Source: Haliotis rubra | Lineage: Eukaryota | NCBI RefSeq assembly: GCF_003918875.1 | Contig: NW_025767079.1 | Location: forward strand, 2,852,001-2,916,000 | DNA: 64,000 bases | Reading direction: 5' to 3' | Shown: positions 11,662-26,407 of the stretch, one piece after another | Numbering within the stretch: the first letter of the stretch is position 1 | How the letters are laid out: every line of letters begins with the position of its first letter | Notes under the pieces: generated by a model | Told to the model about the DNA's origin: nothing | Database searches by the model: none | What the model saw: only the letters and a program-made list of their open reading frames with translations | Made by a program: the position numbers and the translations under genes

Positions 11662-12397
11662 GCTGAAGATATGCAAGATACACCTATAACCTCAATTTAA
11701 ACTGCAATATAATATGTGCCAGACACATTGCACAATTCACATGTAAGCAACTGATAGTGAGGGAGATTAAGGCTGCTTTGTGGCTCCTTTGTGTAAATTT
11801 TCCAGATTCAGAACTGGAAAGGATTTGCTCTCTCAAACCGAGAACAAATACGCCTCGACGCTGACTGGTTGATCAGACTGTTCATCTGACCGGACCTCCT
11901 TGGGAGGGCTTGTCCTATCATGAGGGAGAATGATATTGAATCATGGTAACACATGTGGTTTTAAAGTTTCACCAACAATAACCTTGCAAAACATAACACA
12001 CACGTAGAAAAAACATTCTTTGTGAAACCGACTGACAGACCACCTGAAGGAATGGGATTCATTAATGAACCCATCTCTGTTCCTGTAAATATTTCACTCC
12101 ATGCAGGTGAGCTGCTATCCTCGTATTATGTCAGACCTACTGTATAATTATCAAACACAACACAAAAACCTTTGTTTTGTTGAACCTGTCCACAGGAAAC
12201 ATTGATCACAAAGAGGGGAGCATATGTGGTGAAGTCGTCAAGGGAACAACTATCCACTGCCCCAAAACATGCAGCAAATTCATTGTGATAAAAGTCAACG
12301 GTCGGTCAATGTCATCACATTGACACGATGGTGTCCGCAACCTGGGTCACATCGGGCTTACTCCCACATTGAGAGCAGTGTTCCACGCTCCTCCTCG

Positions 12398-12633
12398 GTT
12401 TGTTGGTAGTTTAACGCCGCACCCAGCAGTATTCCAGCTATATGACAGTGGTCTGTCAATAATCGAGCCTGGACCAGACACTCCAGTGATCAACAATATG
12501 AGCATCGATCTACACAACTTGGATACGCTGACGTGTGTCAACCAAATCAGCGAGCCTGACCACCCAATCCCGTTAGTCGCCTTTTATAACAAGCATGGTT
12601 GCTGAAGATCAATTCTAACCCGGATCATCAAGG
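12398..12633 (-). mobile_element. SINE-like repeat family 2
   Basis: Reverse complement of the 19611-19877 family. Confidence 0.75.
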
Positions 12634-12804
12634 GTACACCTCGTGGGCATTCCTGGGTAGAATATGTCCCCAACAAACTATGCTGGTCATTAGAGGCATC
12701 AAGTTTGCTCAGGTGGAAAGACTTGATGAGTTGGATTATTCCATATATCAACATTGGAAAAGTGAAAGAATTGTTACAGATATTACCTGCAACATATTAT
12801 GGAC

Positions 12805-12930
12805 CGAGTGAGTCAGAGAGTATGGTTTCAGCTATATCAAGGCAGGGGCCACTCATTGTACCCATCTTGGGAATCGAACCATGGTCTTCCGGTTGATAAG
12901 TAACGTTGTAACCACTAGGCTACCCAGCTG
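12805..12930 (-). mobile_element. Degenerate tRNA-head SINE (family 1)
   Basis: gggaatcgaacc (B-box, reverse complement) and aaccactaggctacc head. Confidence 0.6.
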
Positions 12931-13209
12931 ACCATATTTTGGATTGGGTCCAGCGAGTTATCATAAGCAAATCTTAAACAAGTGAATACCACCAACTAAC
13001 GAAACTTTCCTACCTTTGGAAAACGACCATTCGTTCTGACTCCGTTCTGATGCAAACTCGAATATGAACAGGCTAAAATATTGCCGAGTTGGACAGGCTA
13101 ACAAGCAATGCATTTGCACTCTGATATCCTACCATTTTGACACAATCAAGCTAAAATAGATCATCGCACTGCCTAGATTTTTCTGATGAAGAATAGTTGG
13201 TGAACATAC

Positions 13210-14774
13210 CCATATCTTGCGAAATCTGTCAGCAGTCCCATCAGTGTGTGTGCGAGCTCCTTTTCCGATAGGTCTGGATGAGATGTACCGTTGGGGAAAA
13301 GTGTTGCCAAAGGAGCCATGATAGCTTTGGTGAGACCAAAAGTGTACATGAGGTCTTGGCCATGATCCGCTCCCTTGCCTTGACTGCTAATAAACGATGG
13401 GACGTGGTCAAACACATACATGTAGGTCTTCTTCCCTGTTTTCATGCTGCTTGTCAGCTTTGCATGTGCTCTCGCAAAGAGCGTCGCTGGGGCAACCATT
13501 CCAGCATCACCAAAGGTGTTCATTACTGCCTGAAGAGTAAAGGTATGGCTTTGAGAGGGGACATACACCTTAGCTACAGCCTGTCTCAAGTCAGTGGAAG
13601 ATGCTCCGAAATATAGCTCCAGAATCTCTGGGACGAAGGTGTTCCTGTAGAATGTCTTATTCTGAACCGATGAGGAAAACGACGAGTGCAAGTGCTTATC
13701 AGCAGCCCTTGCTAGGACCTTATAGATTCCTCCTTCATTGCTTACCACCGACACCATGCAGTCCAGATTTTGAAGTCCTACCTGCTTCAGGTAACCAGGG
13801 GAGCTCATTAGAACCAGTGGGTCATCTTTGACAAATATCCCATCAACAGTAGGTACAAAATAGAACTCGGCTAATGTTGTAACGGGTTCATTTCCCATTG
13901 GCCATGATGCTGCAGTCAACTTCTTGGCAGGGAGAGTCCTCAGACAGGTGACCATTGATGCAGGACTGCTCTGGGAGGAACAGTTTAGTTTATGAGCCAG
14001 TTGGCGTGCATATTTCAGAGAGTTCCTTGTATAAGCCCATGAGGACGAGGCAGACCCACTCTGCATGACTGTCCTCTGAAACAAACCCTTGGACCCTGAG
14101 TACAAGGCCTGGAATGCCACACTGGCGGATCCTGCAGATTCTCCCATGAGGGTAATGCTGTTGATGTCCCCGCCAAAAGATGCAATGTTTTTCTTAACCC
14201 ATTGCAGAGCAAGATGTTGGTCCCAGAGGCCATAGTTTCCCGCTGACACGTGGTCCTTTGTGCTGAGGAACCCAAGCGGTCCCAAGCGGTATTGGATGGT
14301 GACGACTATGACCTGTCCATGGGCAACTATCGATGAAGGATCATAGGAGAAAGCATCTCCTGAAACGAATCCCCCTCCATGTATCCAGACAATTACAGGT
14401 ATGTTACTGGTTTCCGTAATTGAGGCTGGAGTGAATACATTCAGTGTTAAGCAATCCTCGTCCCCAGTGGCACCGTATCCACCAAACGCCTTGAGAGTTT
14501 GGACGCAAGCTGGACCATAACTGTTGGCTTTAAAGATGTGATTAAGCCCAGGATGTGGCTGTGGTCGCTTGAACCGTTTGCTCCTTGTAGGCGGAACTGC
14601 GAAGGGGATTCCTAAAAATGCATGATAAGGTGTCCAGTCCTCGGTGACGTTCGTGGTCCCCTCAACTAAACCCCAAGGGGTGTCGACGATGGGTTGAGCG
14701 TTGAGGAATTGCAAGGTAAACAACAAGGTGAAGACACCGATGAGAACCATTGTGTTGTTATGAAGAACGAACAT
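13210..14774 (-). CDS. Carboxylesterase first exon V2 (intact), with no terminal exon of its own
   Basis: Open frame with signal peptide, GESAG, SNEG, ADHGQDL; donor GG|GTATGT at 13210; no terminal exon between 11.6 and 13.2 kb. Confidence 0.9.
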
Positions 14775-15720
14775 AGTCTTGAAACTTAAAAGCTTATCTT
14801 ATGTAACAGTCACGCGTGTTGTGCAATCGCAATGGTAGTATAAATAGCTTTCAAGATACAAGATGCCCTAGTTAACTCTTCTCTTTCTGCAATGAAGAAT
14901 CAACCAGATACGTTCAACATAAGAAATGCTCACAAATGATAGTCAGCCTTGATTCAAGCCACTTCGATGCCTGTTTATGTTATTTTCTTCACTCGAACTT
15001 CAAAGGCTATGCCCTCTCGTCCCGAGAACTAATTAGACTAGACGCTGATTAGCTGATGAAGCACTTCGGACAAACCTCAGGAGAGGCACAACAGGAACAA
15101 CTGCTTGCTAGCAATTCTGACCACATGTTCGCCTGAACAAGATTCGATTGTTTCACTCTATAAACATTCAGATAGTATTGATGCAAAATGCGACATTAAA
15201 CAAAAACCAACCAAAATATTCTTCGTTCTTAGCCCCATTCCACAAGGCTGTCTTAGCGTCATGTCTGTTGTAAATCTATTTTAAAACATGGACGTCATGG
15301 TCATCTTAACACTTGTTTTTGGCTTTGTGAAACAATTTTTGTGCCCAGTTCCATTCTAAGCCTTAATACTATAAGTATTACCTGGGGAAAATTTGAGACA
15401 TTTCTCATGGAATAGGCCTTACACCTGACTGCGAATTAATCATATTAAAGGAAGTGTGGTTTGCATGACTTCATTTTGAGTTGCTTGGCTTCTTCCACTT
15501 GTCCAGAGCCAGTCAACCCTTAAAAGGCAACAAATGCTTCTCAGTAAATTCTGGTCCATCGTTGATTATGAACTGGCTGGAAAATTGCGGAATGGTGCAT
15601 AACACAACAATCTTAATAACAAAACATCTGCTCATCTCTTTGTAACATATCAACACATTCAAGCTCAAATAGTTCACCGCATTCCAATTTGTTCTTGTAA
15701 AGGATATTTAGCGAACATAC

Positions 15721-16600
15721 CCATGTCTTGCGAAATCTGTGAGCAGTCCCATCACCGTATGTGCAAGCTCCTTTTCGGATTGGTCTGGCTCCATTGTACT
15801 GTTTGAGAACGTTTTTGCCAAAGCAGCCATGTAGGCTTTGTTGAGACCAAACGTGCACATGAGGTCATCACCATGATCCAGCCCCATGCCATGACCGCTC
15901 ATAAAGGATGGGATGTGGTCAAACACATACATGTAGGTCTTCTTCCCCGTTTTCAAGCTGCTGCTCAGCTTTGCATGAGCCCTCGCAAATTGCATCACGG
16001 GAACGACCATTCCAGCATCACCAAGAGTGTTCATTACTGTCTGAAGATTAACGGTATGGCTTTGAGAGGGGGCATACACCTTAGCCACGGCCTGTGTCAT
16101 GTCAGAGGAGGATGTTCCGAAATAAACCTGAAGAACTTCTGGGATAAAGGTGTTCCTGTAGAATGCCTTGTGCTGAACCGATGAGGATGACGACACATGG
16201 AACTGATTATCAGCTGCTCGTGCAAGGAATTTATAGATTCCTCCTTCATTGCTTACCGCGGACACCATGCAGTCCAGTTTTTGAAGCCCTACCTGCTTCA
16301 GGTAAGTTTGGGAGTTCATTAGCGTTAGCGGATCGTCTTTGACAAATATCCCATCAACGGTAGGTACAAAGTAGAACTCGGCTAATGCTGTGATGGGTTC
16401 ATTTCCCATTGGCCATGATGCTGCAGTCAACTTCTTGGCAGACACGGTCCTCAGACAGGCGATCATGGATGCGGAATCGCTCTGGGAGGAACAGTTTACT
16501 TTATGGGCCAGTTGTCGTGCATATTTCAAAGAGTTCCTTGTGTGAGCCCACGAGGAAGAGGCAGACCCGCTCTGCATGACTATCCTCTGGAACAAACCCA
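15721..16600 (-). pseudogene. 5'-truncated first exon V3 (starts at GLFQR, lacks the catalytic Ser)
   Basis: 3' half still open with intact donor; 5' half replaced by the minisatellite junction. Confidence 0.85.
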
Positions 16601-17203
16601 ATTACCGATAATCTGATGTTGCAGTCGTTGCACAGCTGCCGATAATCTCACGGTGCAGTCGTTGCACAGCTGCCGGTAATCTGAAGCTGCAGTCTTTGCA
16701 TAACTGCCGATAATCTGAAGCTGCAGTCGTTGCAAAGCTGCCGGTAATTATAATCTGAAGCTGCAGTCGTTGCACAGCTGCCGGTAATCTGAAATTGCAG
16801 TCGTTGCACAGCTGCCGGTAATCTGAAGCTGCCGGCGTTGCAAAGCTGCCGGTAATCTGAAGCTGCAGTCGTTTCACAGTTGCCGGTAATCTGAAGCTGC
16901 AGTCGTTGCACAGCTGCCGGTAAACTGAAGCTGCAGTTGTTGCACTGCTGCCGATAATCTGAAGCTGCCGTCATTGCACAGCTGCCGGTAATCTGAAGCT
17001 GCCGTCGTTGCACAGCTGCCGATAATCTCATGTTGCAGTCGTTGACAACTGCTAATTATCTGAAGCTGCAGTCGTTGCACAGCTGCCGGTAATCTGAAGC
17101 TGCAGTCGTTGCACAGCTGCCGATAATCTCATGTTGCAGTCGTTGACAACTGCCAATTATCTAAACCTGCAGTCGTTGCACAGCTGCCGATTATCTGATG
17201 TTG
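16601..17203. repeat. 34-bp minisatellite, ~17-18 units, at a duplication junction
   Basis: Direct tandem repeats. Confidence 0.95.
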
Positions 17204-18415
17204 CGGCTTCTTCACGGTGTGATGGGAGAGGCATGTCGGCGGAACTGCGTAGGGGATTTCTAAGACTGCATCGCAGAATGTTCCAGCCACTTGGTGCAAT
17301 TCACATTTTTACAAATGATGTAACATTACAAGAATGTTTCATAATCACACCTGTCTTTGAAATGAATACACAGTTATAGCACTTGTGCATGTTTAAGGAG
17401 TTCATTTTTAGAATGTTGGGGCATCGAGATAGCCTAATGGTGAAAGCGTTTGCTTGTCGCGCCGAAGACCAGGGATCTTTTCCCTTCTTGGGTCCATAGT
17501 GCCTTTTTCTGATGTCCCCATTTCAGAGCCGCGTAAAACCAAATTCACTCACTTTCAGAATGTAGAATCCTCAAGTCGGGTAAACAAACCAAGGCTCTTG
17601 ATAGAAGCTAATCTTGGTTCGAATCATAGCCTAACGGTTCCTGAAATCTGAGTCAGAGGATACTGCGATGTATTAGGTCAGCTGCCAACCGCATTAAGCA
17701 AATCAGTCCTAAGGGAGTATTTATCAGCTGTATATTTTAAACGGCAACTTAGTTTTGCATAAGTTTTGAAAGGACGTGTTCAGTAGATATCATAATTGAT
17801 CCGAACTAACATATGGCTGTTCACGGAAATATTTTAACAACTATCGTGAACATAAGTGCACAGATCGACACAACGCAACTCATGGATCAAATATTTTAAA
17901 ACGGATATCAAACTTGATCGGGCAGCCTTGCGAAGCGTACGTAAAATACTGTTATAGGTTTTGGAAACATTTCATGGGTGTCTTTAATTATTCACCCCAA
18001 ATTCAGATGGTTTGGTTTGTTGTGTAACGCCGCACTCAGTAATATTCCAGTAATATGGTTTCAGTCTGTAAATAATCGAGTCCGGACCACACAGTCCACT
18101 GGTCAACAGCATGAGCATTGATCTACCCAACTGGGATACGATGACATGCGTCAACCAATTCAGCGAGCCTGACCTCCCGATCCCGTTAGTCACCTCTTAC
18201 GACAAGCGTGGGTTGCTGAAGACCAGTTCTAAACCGGATCTTCACCGGACTAGAGCTCAACTCATATGAGCGCCGATGAGATTAGATATATGAACTGTTT
18301 ACAATAATATCTGCTCCTGACGGCTTTTACATTTGTAACTCAATTACACATTTAAATACAAATGAAATCCCACTTTTTTAATTCGAAAAGTCAGCATCTT
18401 GCAGTCGTTGCATGG

Positions 18416-18635
18416 CTAACCGACAATGTTAGGGTGGGGGTTCTTCGTCGTGTGATGCTGGTTCTGTGCAGCTTGAAGGAGACGCGGCAGTGTCTGCGTC
18501 CATAAGGTGACCCGGTCCTTGTAGGGCTTGGATCCGACGGACATTGTGGTATTCAGCAGTAGATAGTGTTCCCCTGGCTCCGAGAACTGAGGCCAAGTCT
18601 GGTGCAGGCCATACTGTACAGCGTTGTTGGGATCA
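18416..18635 (-). CDS. Carboxylesterase terminal exon C2 (intact)
   Basis: 220 nt, identical to C1 by eye; AG acceptor and TAG intact. Confidence 0.85.
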
Positions 18636-19610
18636 CTGTAAAGTAGAAACAGCCCTCAATGATTATCAGGTCACTTAAAATAGTTCACAACATTGAGGTG
18701 AGCTACATAACCTTTGCGTAATATCACTTTTAATGACACAAAAGCCTGAAGTTTAAATCTCAAAAGTGAAACAAAATATGTAACTTTGATCATTGGAACA
18801 TTGCTTGGTCGCAACTAGTCAAGGATAAGGTAAGTACATATGACCAAATGCAGTTGGACAATGTACTGCAGACGATGACGTATTCCTGTCATTCCTCCTT
18901 GGAGGGTTACCTGACCACTGTAAAGATGTATTAGTTGTAACATTTGGTCAGAACTGGAGGTAATCATTAGTTCCTCAGTTCGTAGTTGGGAGAGCATGCT
19001 CCGGCAATGTTCATAAATACCTACAGATCTTTCACAATGGAACATCACTGTATATTTCAAGTACTAATAGACAAATTTCTGTACTGTTGTTTATCAGATA
19101 AATGTAATCTTCATTTTATGGAGGAAATAAAGAATATCTATCTATTTCCCATTTGTCAAATTAATCATAGCTTTAACCAAATGAGCTTGAAATACAAACA
19201 ATAACAGTGCAATGACTGTCTGCTGGGGATAGGTGCCTCACTCTGGGAGTCTGGGTTCAAATCCCGGATGGGACTCAACCTGACAAAACTATTAAAATCT
19301 GTACTTTAGTCAGAAAGTGTAATCCCAAATCCCTATCATATGGGAAAACAAGGCAATAGAAATACATTGTGTGTTGCGGAAAGTTTAGCGTATTCTGTAA
19401 GGGTAAGAGGTTTAAAATATTCATGTACTTCAATGTGCCCATCAATTGCTGACTCACAACACATTTGCACTTTCATCCTACCTTACTGACAGAATCAAAC
19501 CAACAAAGCTCACCGCATTCCATACACATTTTTATGAAGCTTATTTGGCGAACATACCCATGATGTCTTTCAGAAGTCACAAGCAATCAAACGATGGCTT
19601 TCTCCCATTC

Positions 19611-19877
19611 GACCCGTGAAGATCCGGGTTAGAATAGGTCTTCAACAACCCATGCTTGCCACAAAAGGCGACTATGCCTGTCGTAAGAGGCGACTAACGG
19701 GATCGGGTGGTCAGGCTCGCTGACTTGGTTGACACATGTCATCGGTTCCCAATTGCGCAGATCGATGCTCATGCTGTTGATCACTGGATTGTCTGGAAAG
19801 GATTATTTACAGACCGACGCCATATAGCTGGATTACTGCTGAGTATCGGCGTAAAACTAAACTCACTCACTCACTCA
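19611..19877 (+). mobile_element. SINE-like repeat family 2 with 13-bp TSD; paralogs near 27638, 34093, 42378, 54561; absent in block 1
   Basis: TSD CTTTCTCCCATTC at 19598-19610 and 19878-19890; (CACT)n tail; empty site near 9962. Confidence 0.9.
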
Positions 19878-19963
19878 CTTTCTCCCATTCTGACACACTC
19901 AAACTAAACTCGTCCGTCGTACTCCTTACAACCATTCTTGTTAAAACGTTTTACCAAACATAC

Positions 19964-21237
<1,274 letters not shown>

Positions 21238-21581
21238 GGTGTTTGTTTCAGGAACGACCACACTCTCGGGTTATTTTATGTGCCAGTCACACGCTGTGGT
21301 TGTATAAATAGCTTAGATATGGAAGATACACTTATAACCTCAACTTAAACTGCAATATAATATGTGCCAGACACATTGCATAATTCACATGTAAACAAAT
21401 GATAGTGAGTTGGGATTAAAGCCCCACTGATGCCAGTTTATGTTAATTTTCCAAAATTGAGAACTGTAAACGATTTTCTCGCTTGTACCGAGAACAAATA
21501 CGCCTCAACGCTGACTGATTGATCAGAAAATTCATTTAACGGAACCTCCTTCCACACGGAGGTCTGGGCCTATCATGTTGA

Positions 21582-21751
21582 CTGACTGACTGACTGAGTT
21601 TAGTTTACGCCACTTTTAGCAATATTCCAGCAATATCACGGCGGGGGACACCAGAAATGGGCTTAACACATTGTGCCCATGTGGGGAATCGAACCCGTGT
21701 CTTCGGCGTGACGAGCCAACGCTTTAACCACTAGGCTACCCCACCGCCCCA
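21582..21751 (-). mobile_element. tRNA-head SINE family 1, full length
   Basis: A/B boxes, (CAGT)n tail, 10-bp TSD ATCATGTTGA at 21572-21581 and 21752-21761; empty site in the paralog near 38157. Confidence 0.9.
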
Positions 21752-22020
21752 ATCATGTTGAAGAAAGGTATTGAATCGAGGAAAAACATGTGATTTTAAA
21801 CCAGCAACGGCGACGCAAAACATATCTCAAATATAGAAATACATTCTTTGAGAAACAGATTGACTGCTGTCTACTGTTGCTGTAGCCAGTCAGATATGAC
21901 GTCATTCTACAATAGATCAGTTTATGCTCACACTATTGTTCACTGGCTTTGTAACCAGGCTTTTCCCATTTCATGGTTTGTTGTCTATTCTTTCAATCCA
22001 ATCCTCCCTCCCTCACTCAT

Positions 22021-22340
22021 TGAGTGAGTGTGTTTACTTTTACACCGCCTTTAGCAATATATCAGCAATATTACGGCGGGGGACACCAGTAACGGGCTTC
22101 AAACATTGTACCTATACGGGAAATCGAACCCGGGTCTTCGGCGTGACGAGCGAACGCTTTAACCCCTTGGCTTACGGGATCGGATGGTCAGGTTTGCTGA
22201 CTTGGTTGACATATGTCATCGTATCTCAGTTGCGTAAATCGATGCTCATGATGTTGATTACTGGATTGTTACAGACTGCCGACATATAGCTGGAATATTG
22301 CTGCGGTGCAGAACTAAACTCATTGACTCACTCACTCACA
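22021..22340. mobile_element. Adjacent SINE fragments in opposite orientation (family 1 minus, family 2 plus)
   Basis: Similarity to both families; tetranucleotide tails at both outer ends. Confidence 0.7.
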
Positions 22341-23399
22341 CCATAAATCTGTTTTGTGCAAGGAAATTGGCACGTGACACCTACGTTTTCGGACACTTCG
22401 GACACTTTCGATTTTCACTTCATCAAGTTCGTCTTTTGGTGCAAAAGTTGTGACAATTTACCTGCTCGTTTCACAGCCATTTTGCTTCCGAAAATTGAGC
22501 AAAAAAGAGTTATACCTACACTCATATTGCAAGGTGTTCCGTTAGGTGGTGGTATATTCTTATTTGACAGTATTTTATGATAACGCGTTCCTCAATCCCA
22601 AATAGGGGCTGTGGGTGGCCTAACAGTTACAAACAAAGACCAAGAACCCAATTTCTTTGTAGTTCCAGGTGTTGTGTGTACTACCCAGGCGGAAACTGAA
22701 ACAGTTTCCCGTGGAAGAAGGCTAACATTAATGGGAAAGTGATCATATCAGAAGCGATACGATCGCAGACAAAGTTGAGTTATAGGACTTTGAATGTGTT
22801 CTAAAACAAATGTATTTCTCTAACGTTTTTCTTTACTTTTAAGCATCGGAATCTCTGTACGTCTACACAGTAGTCGTAAATCCAAATTATCTAACTGGAT
22901 TTCCCGTTTGATCGATCACTTGATTGTTTGGTTTGTTTATAGACCACTTTCACATGGCAGAAGAACTGGTGAGCATTGTCAGACAAAAAATACTTTCATT
23001 TTGGAAAAAATATTGCGAATGGCCGGCGCTACTGGATGGACAGGAAATGCTTACCCTTTTTGCGAACACCTGGTGTCATTACTGATCTGAAGTGAACCAA
23101 TTATATAGTTTTCACAGCAATTTTCCCTTTATTCCAACAATATTCAAAGGTAATAAAGTCTGGGTATTCTTCTGTACTGGCGTTATATATTCAATTTAAG
23201 CTGCTTGGACTGTCATTCATCCCAGGTCTTGATTCTCTTTCAAAAGGACCAATTCTTACTCCACTCTGGTGTAAACAGGCAGGAACACTATAGGGTGGGG
23301 CAGTCTAACAAACAACACATTTGCACACTCTCATTCTACCATTTTGACACAATCAACGCATTCCCATTTTTCCTTATAAAGAATATTTAGCGAACATAC

Positions 23400-24505
23400 C
23401 CCTGTCTTGCAAAATCTGTCAGCAGTCCCATCAATGTATGTGCCAGGTTCTTTTCGGATTGGTCTGTATCTGTTGTACCGTTGGGGAACGCCTTTGCCAT
23501 AGCAGAGAGGTAGTCTTTGTTGAGACCAAACGTATACATGAGGTCTTCGCCATGATCCAGCCCCTTGCCATGACCAATGATAAAGGATAGGGCGTGGTCA
23601 AACACATACATGTAGGTCTTCTTCCCTGTTTTCAAGCTGCTGCTCAGCTTTGCATGTGCCTTCGCAAAGAGTGTCGCTGGGGCAATCATTCCAGCATCAC
23701 CAAGAGTGTTCATTACTGCCTGAAGATTAATGCTATGGCTTTGAGAGGGGGCATACACCTTCACCACGGCCTGTGTCATGTCAGAAGAAGATGCTCCAAA
23801 ATAAACCTGCAGAAGCTCTGGAATGAAGGTGTTAATGTAGAATGTCTTGTTCTGAACCGATGAGGGAAATGACGTGTGGAACTGTTTATCAGCTGCTTTG
23901 GTCATGTTTTTAAAGATTTCTCCTTCATTGCCCACCATCGACACCATGCAGTCCAGATTTTGAAGTCCTACCTGCTTCAGGTAAGTTTGGGAGTTCTCGG
24001 ATCGTCTTTGACAAACACTCCATCAATAGTTGGTACAAAAAAGAACTCAACTAATGCTGTGACGGGTTCATTGCCAATTGGCCATGATGCTGCAGTCAAC
24101 TTCTTGGCAGACACGGTCCTCAGACAGGCGATCATGGATGCGGAATCGCCCTGGGAGGAAAAGTTCACTTTATGATCCAGTTGTCTCGCGTATTTCAGAG
24201 AGTTCCTGTATATGCTCATGAAGACGATACAGACCCGCTCTGCATGACTGTCCTCTGGTCCTGCTGATTCTCCCATAAGGGTAATACTCTTGATGTCCCC
24301 GCCAAAAGATGCAATGGGTTTTTTAATCCATTGCAGAGCAAGATGCTGGTCCCAGATGCCATAGTTTCTCGCTGACACATCGTCCTCTGTGCTGAGGAAC
24401 CCAAGCGGCCCAAGCAATATTGGATGGTCACAACTATGACCTGTACATGGGCAACGATCAGTGAAGATAGCATCCCCTGCGTCGAATCCCTCTCCATGAA
24501 CCAGA
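23400..24505 (-). pseudogene. First exon V5, 5'-truncated and frameshifted
   Basis: Deletions after GESAG and after DDP; fused at WxHGG to the next fragment. Confidence 0.88.
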
Positions 24506-24791
24506 GTTTATTAGAACCAGTGGATCGTCTTTGACAAATACCCCATCAACGTTAGGTACAAATTAGAACTTGGCTAATGCTGTGACGGGTTCATTTCCCA
24601 TTGGCCATGATGCTGCAGTCAACTTCTTCGCAGACACGGTCCTCAGACAGGCGATCATGGATGCGGAATCGCTCTGGGAGGAACAGTTTACTTTATGAGC
24701 CAGTTGTCGTGCATATTTCAGAGAGTTCCTTGTGTGAGCCCATGAGGACGAGGCAGACCCGCTCTGCATGACTATCCTCTTGAACTAACCC
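24506..24791 (-). pseudogene. Internal first-exon fragment V6
   Basis: MQSGSASSSW...DPLVL segment between a fusion junction and the satellite. Confidence 0.85.
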
Positions 24792-25052
24792 AATTGTCGA
24801 TAATCTGATGTTGCAGTCGTTGCACAGCTGCCGATAATCTCATGGTGCAGTCGTTGCACAGCTGCCGGTAATCTGAAGCTGCTGTCGTTGCACAGCTGAC
24901 CGTAATCTGAAGCTGCAGTCATTGTACAGCTGACCGTAATCTGAAGCTGCAGTCGTTGCACAACTGCCGATAATCTCATGTTGCAGTCGTTGACAACTGC
25001 CAATTATCTGAAGCTGCAGTCGTTGCACAGCTGCCGATTATCTGATGTTGCG
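24792..25052. repeat. 34-bp minisatellite, ~7-8 units
   Basis: Direct tandem repeats. Confidence 0.95.
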
Positions 25053-26187
25053 GCTTCTTCACAGTGTGATGGGAAAGGCATGTCGGCGGAACTGCGTAGG
25101 GATTTTCTAAGAATGCATCGCAGAATGTTCCAGACACTTTGTGCAATTCGAGTTCATTTTAGAATGCCCGGGCATCGAGGTAGCCCAATGGTGAAAGCGT
25201 TTGCTTATTGGCCGAAGACCAGGGATTTTTTCCATTCTTGGGTTCATAGTGCTTTTTTTCTGATGTCCCCTTTCAGAGCCGCGTAAAACCATATTCACTC
25301 ACTTTCAGAATGTAGAATGATCAAGTCGGGTTCACAAACAAAGGCTCTTGATAGAAGCTAATTTTGGTTCGAATCAAAGCCTAACGGTTCCTGGAATCTG
25401 AGTCAGAGAATACTGCGATGTATTAGGACAGCTGCCAACCGCATTAAGCAAATCAGTCCCTAATCAGGGAGTATTTATGAGCTGTTTATTTTAAACGGCA
25501 ACTTAATTTTGCACAATTTTTGAAAGGACGTGTTCAGTAGATATCACCATTGATCCGAACTAACATATTTAACAACTATCGTGAACATAAGTGCACAGAT
25601 CGACACAACGCAACTCATGGATCAAATATTTTTAAACGGATATCAAACTTGATCGAGCAGCCTTGCGAAGCGTACGTAAAATACTGTTATAGGTTTTGGG
25701 AACATTTCATGGGTGTCTTTCATTATTCACCCCAAATTCAGATGGTTTGGTCTGTTGTGTGACGCCACACTCAGTAATATTCCAGTAATATGGTTTCAGT
25801 CTGTAAAAATCGATCGGTCGAGCCAGACAACCCAGTGATCAACAGCAATGGCATTGATCTACCCAACTGGGAAACAATGACATGTGTCAACCAATTCAGC
25901 GAGCCTGACCTCCCGGTCCCGTTAGTCACCTCTTACGACTAGCGTGGGTTGCTGAAGACCAGGGCCTAGATTTTCGAAGCTCTCTTAGCGCTAAGATAGT
26001 CGTAAGTGCCATATCTTAACATTAACCGACTAAAACTAAATTCAACGCCGATGAGATCAGATATATGAACTGTTTACAATGATATCTGCTCCTGACGGCT
26101 TTACATTTGTAACTCATTTACACATTTAAATACCAATGAAATCCACTTTTTAATTCGAAAAGTCAACATCTTGCAGTCGTTGCATGG

Positions 26188-26407
26188 CTAACCGACAATG
26201 TTAGGGTTGGGGTCCTTCGTCGTGTGATGCTGGTTCTGTGCAGCTTGAAGGAGACGCGGCAGTGTCTGCGTCCATAAGGTGACCCGGTCCTTGTAGGGCT
26301 TGGATCCGACGGACATTGTGGTATTCAGCAGTAGATAGTGTTCCCCTGGCTCCGAGAACTGAGGCCAAGTCTGGTGCAGGCCATACTGTACAGCGTTGTT
26401 GGGATCA
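26188..26407 (-). CDS. Carboxylesterase terminal exon C3 (intact)
   Basis: 220 nt; AG acceptor and TAG intact. Confidence 0.85.

Noticed and set aside
10035-14774. Treating the 525-aa and 533-aa ORFs as complete intronless or horizontally acquired genes
   Set aside because: They end at a conserved GT donor and lack the family C-terminus, which is found in a separate in-phase exon
16602-17080. Repetitive ORFs (QRLQLQITGSCATTAASDYRQL), also at 24.8, 31.2, 39.4 and 51.6 kb
   Set aside because: Translation of a 34-bp satellite that cycles through frames; no gene structure
16601-17203. CRISPR-like array of ~34-bp repeats
   Set aside because: Units are contiguous with no unique spacers, there are no cas genes, and the context is eukaryotic
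21582-21751. tRNA gene
   Set aside because: tRNA-like head continues into a non-tRNA body with a simple-repeat tail and TSD, so it is a SINE
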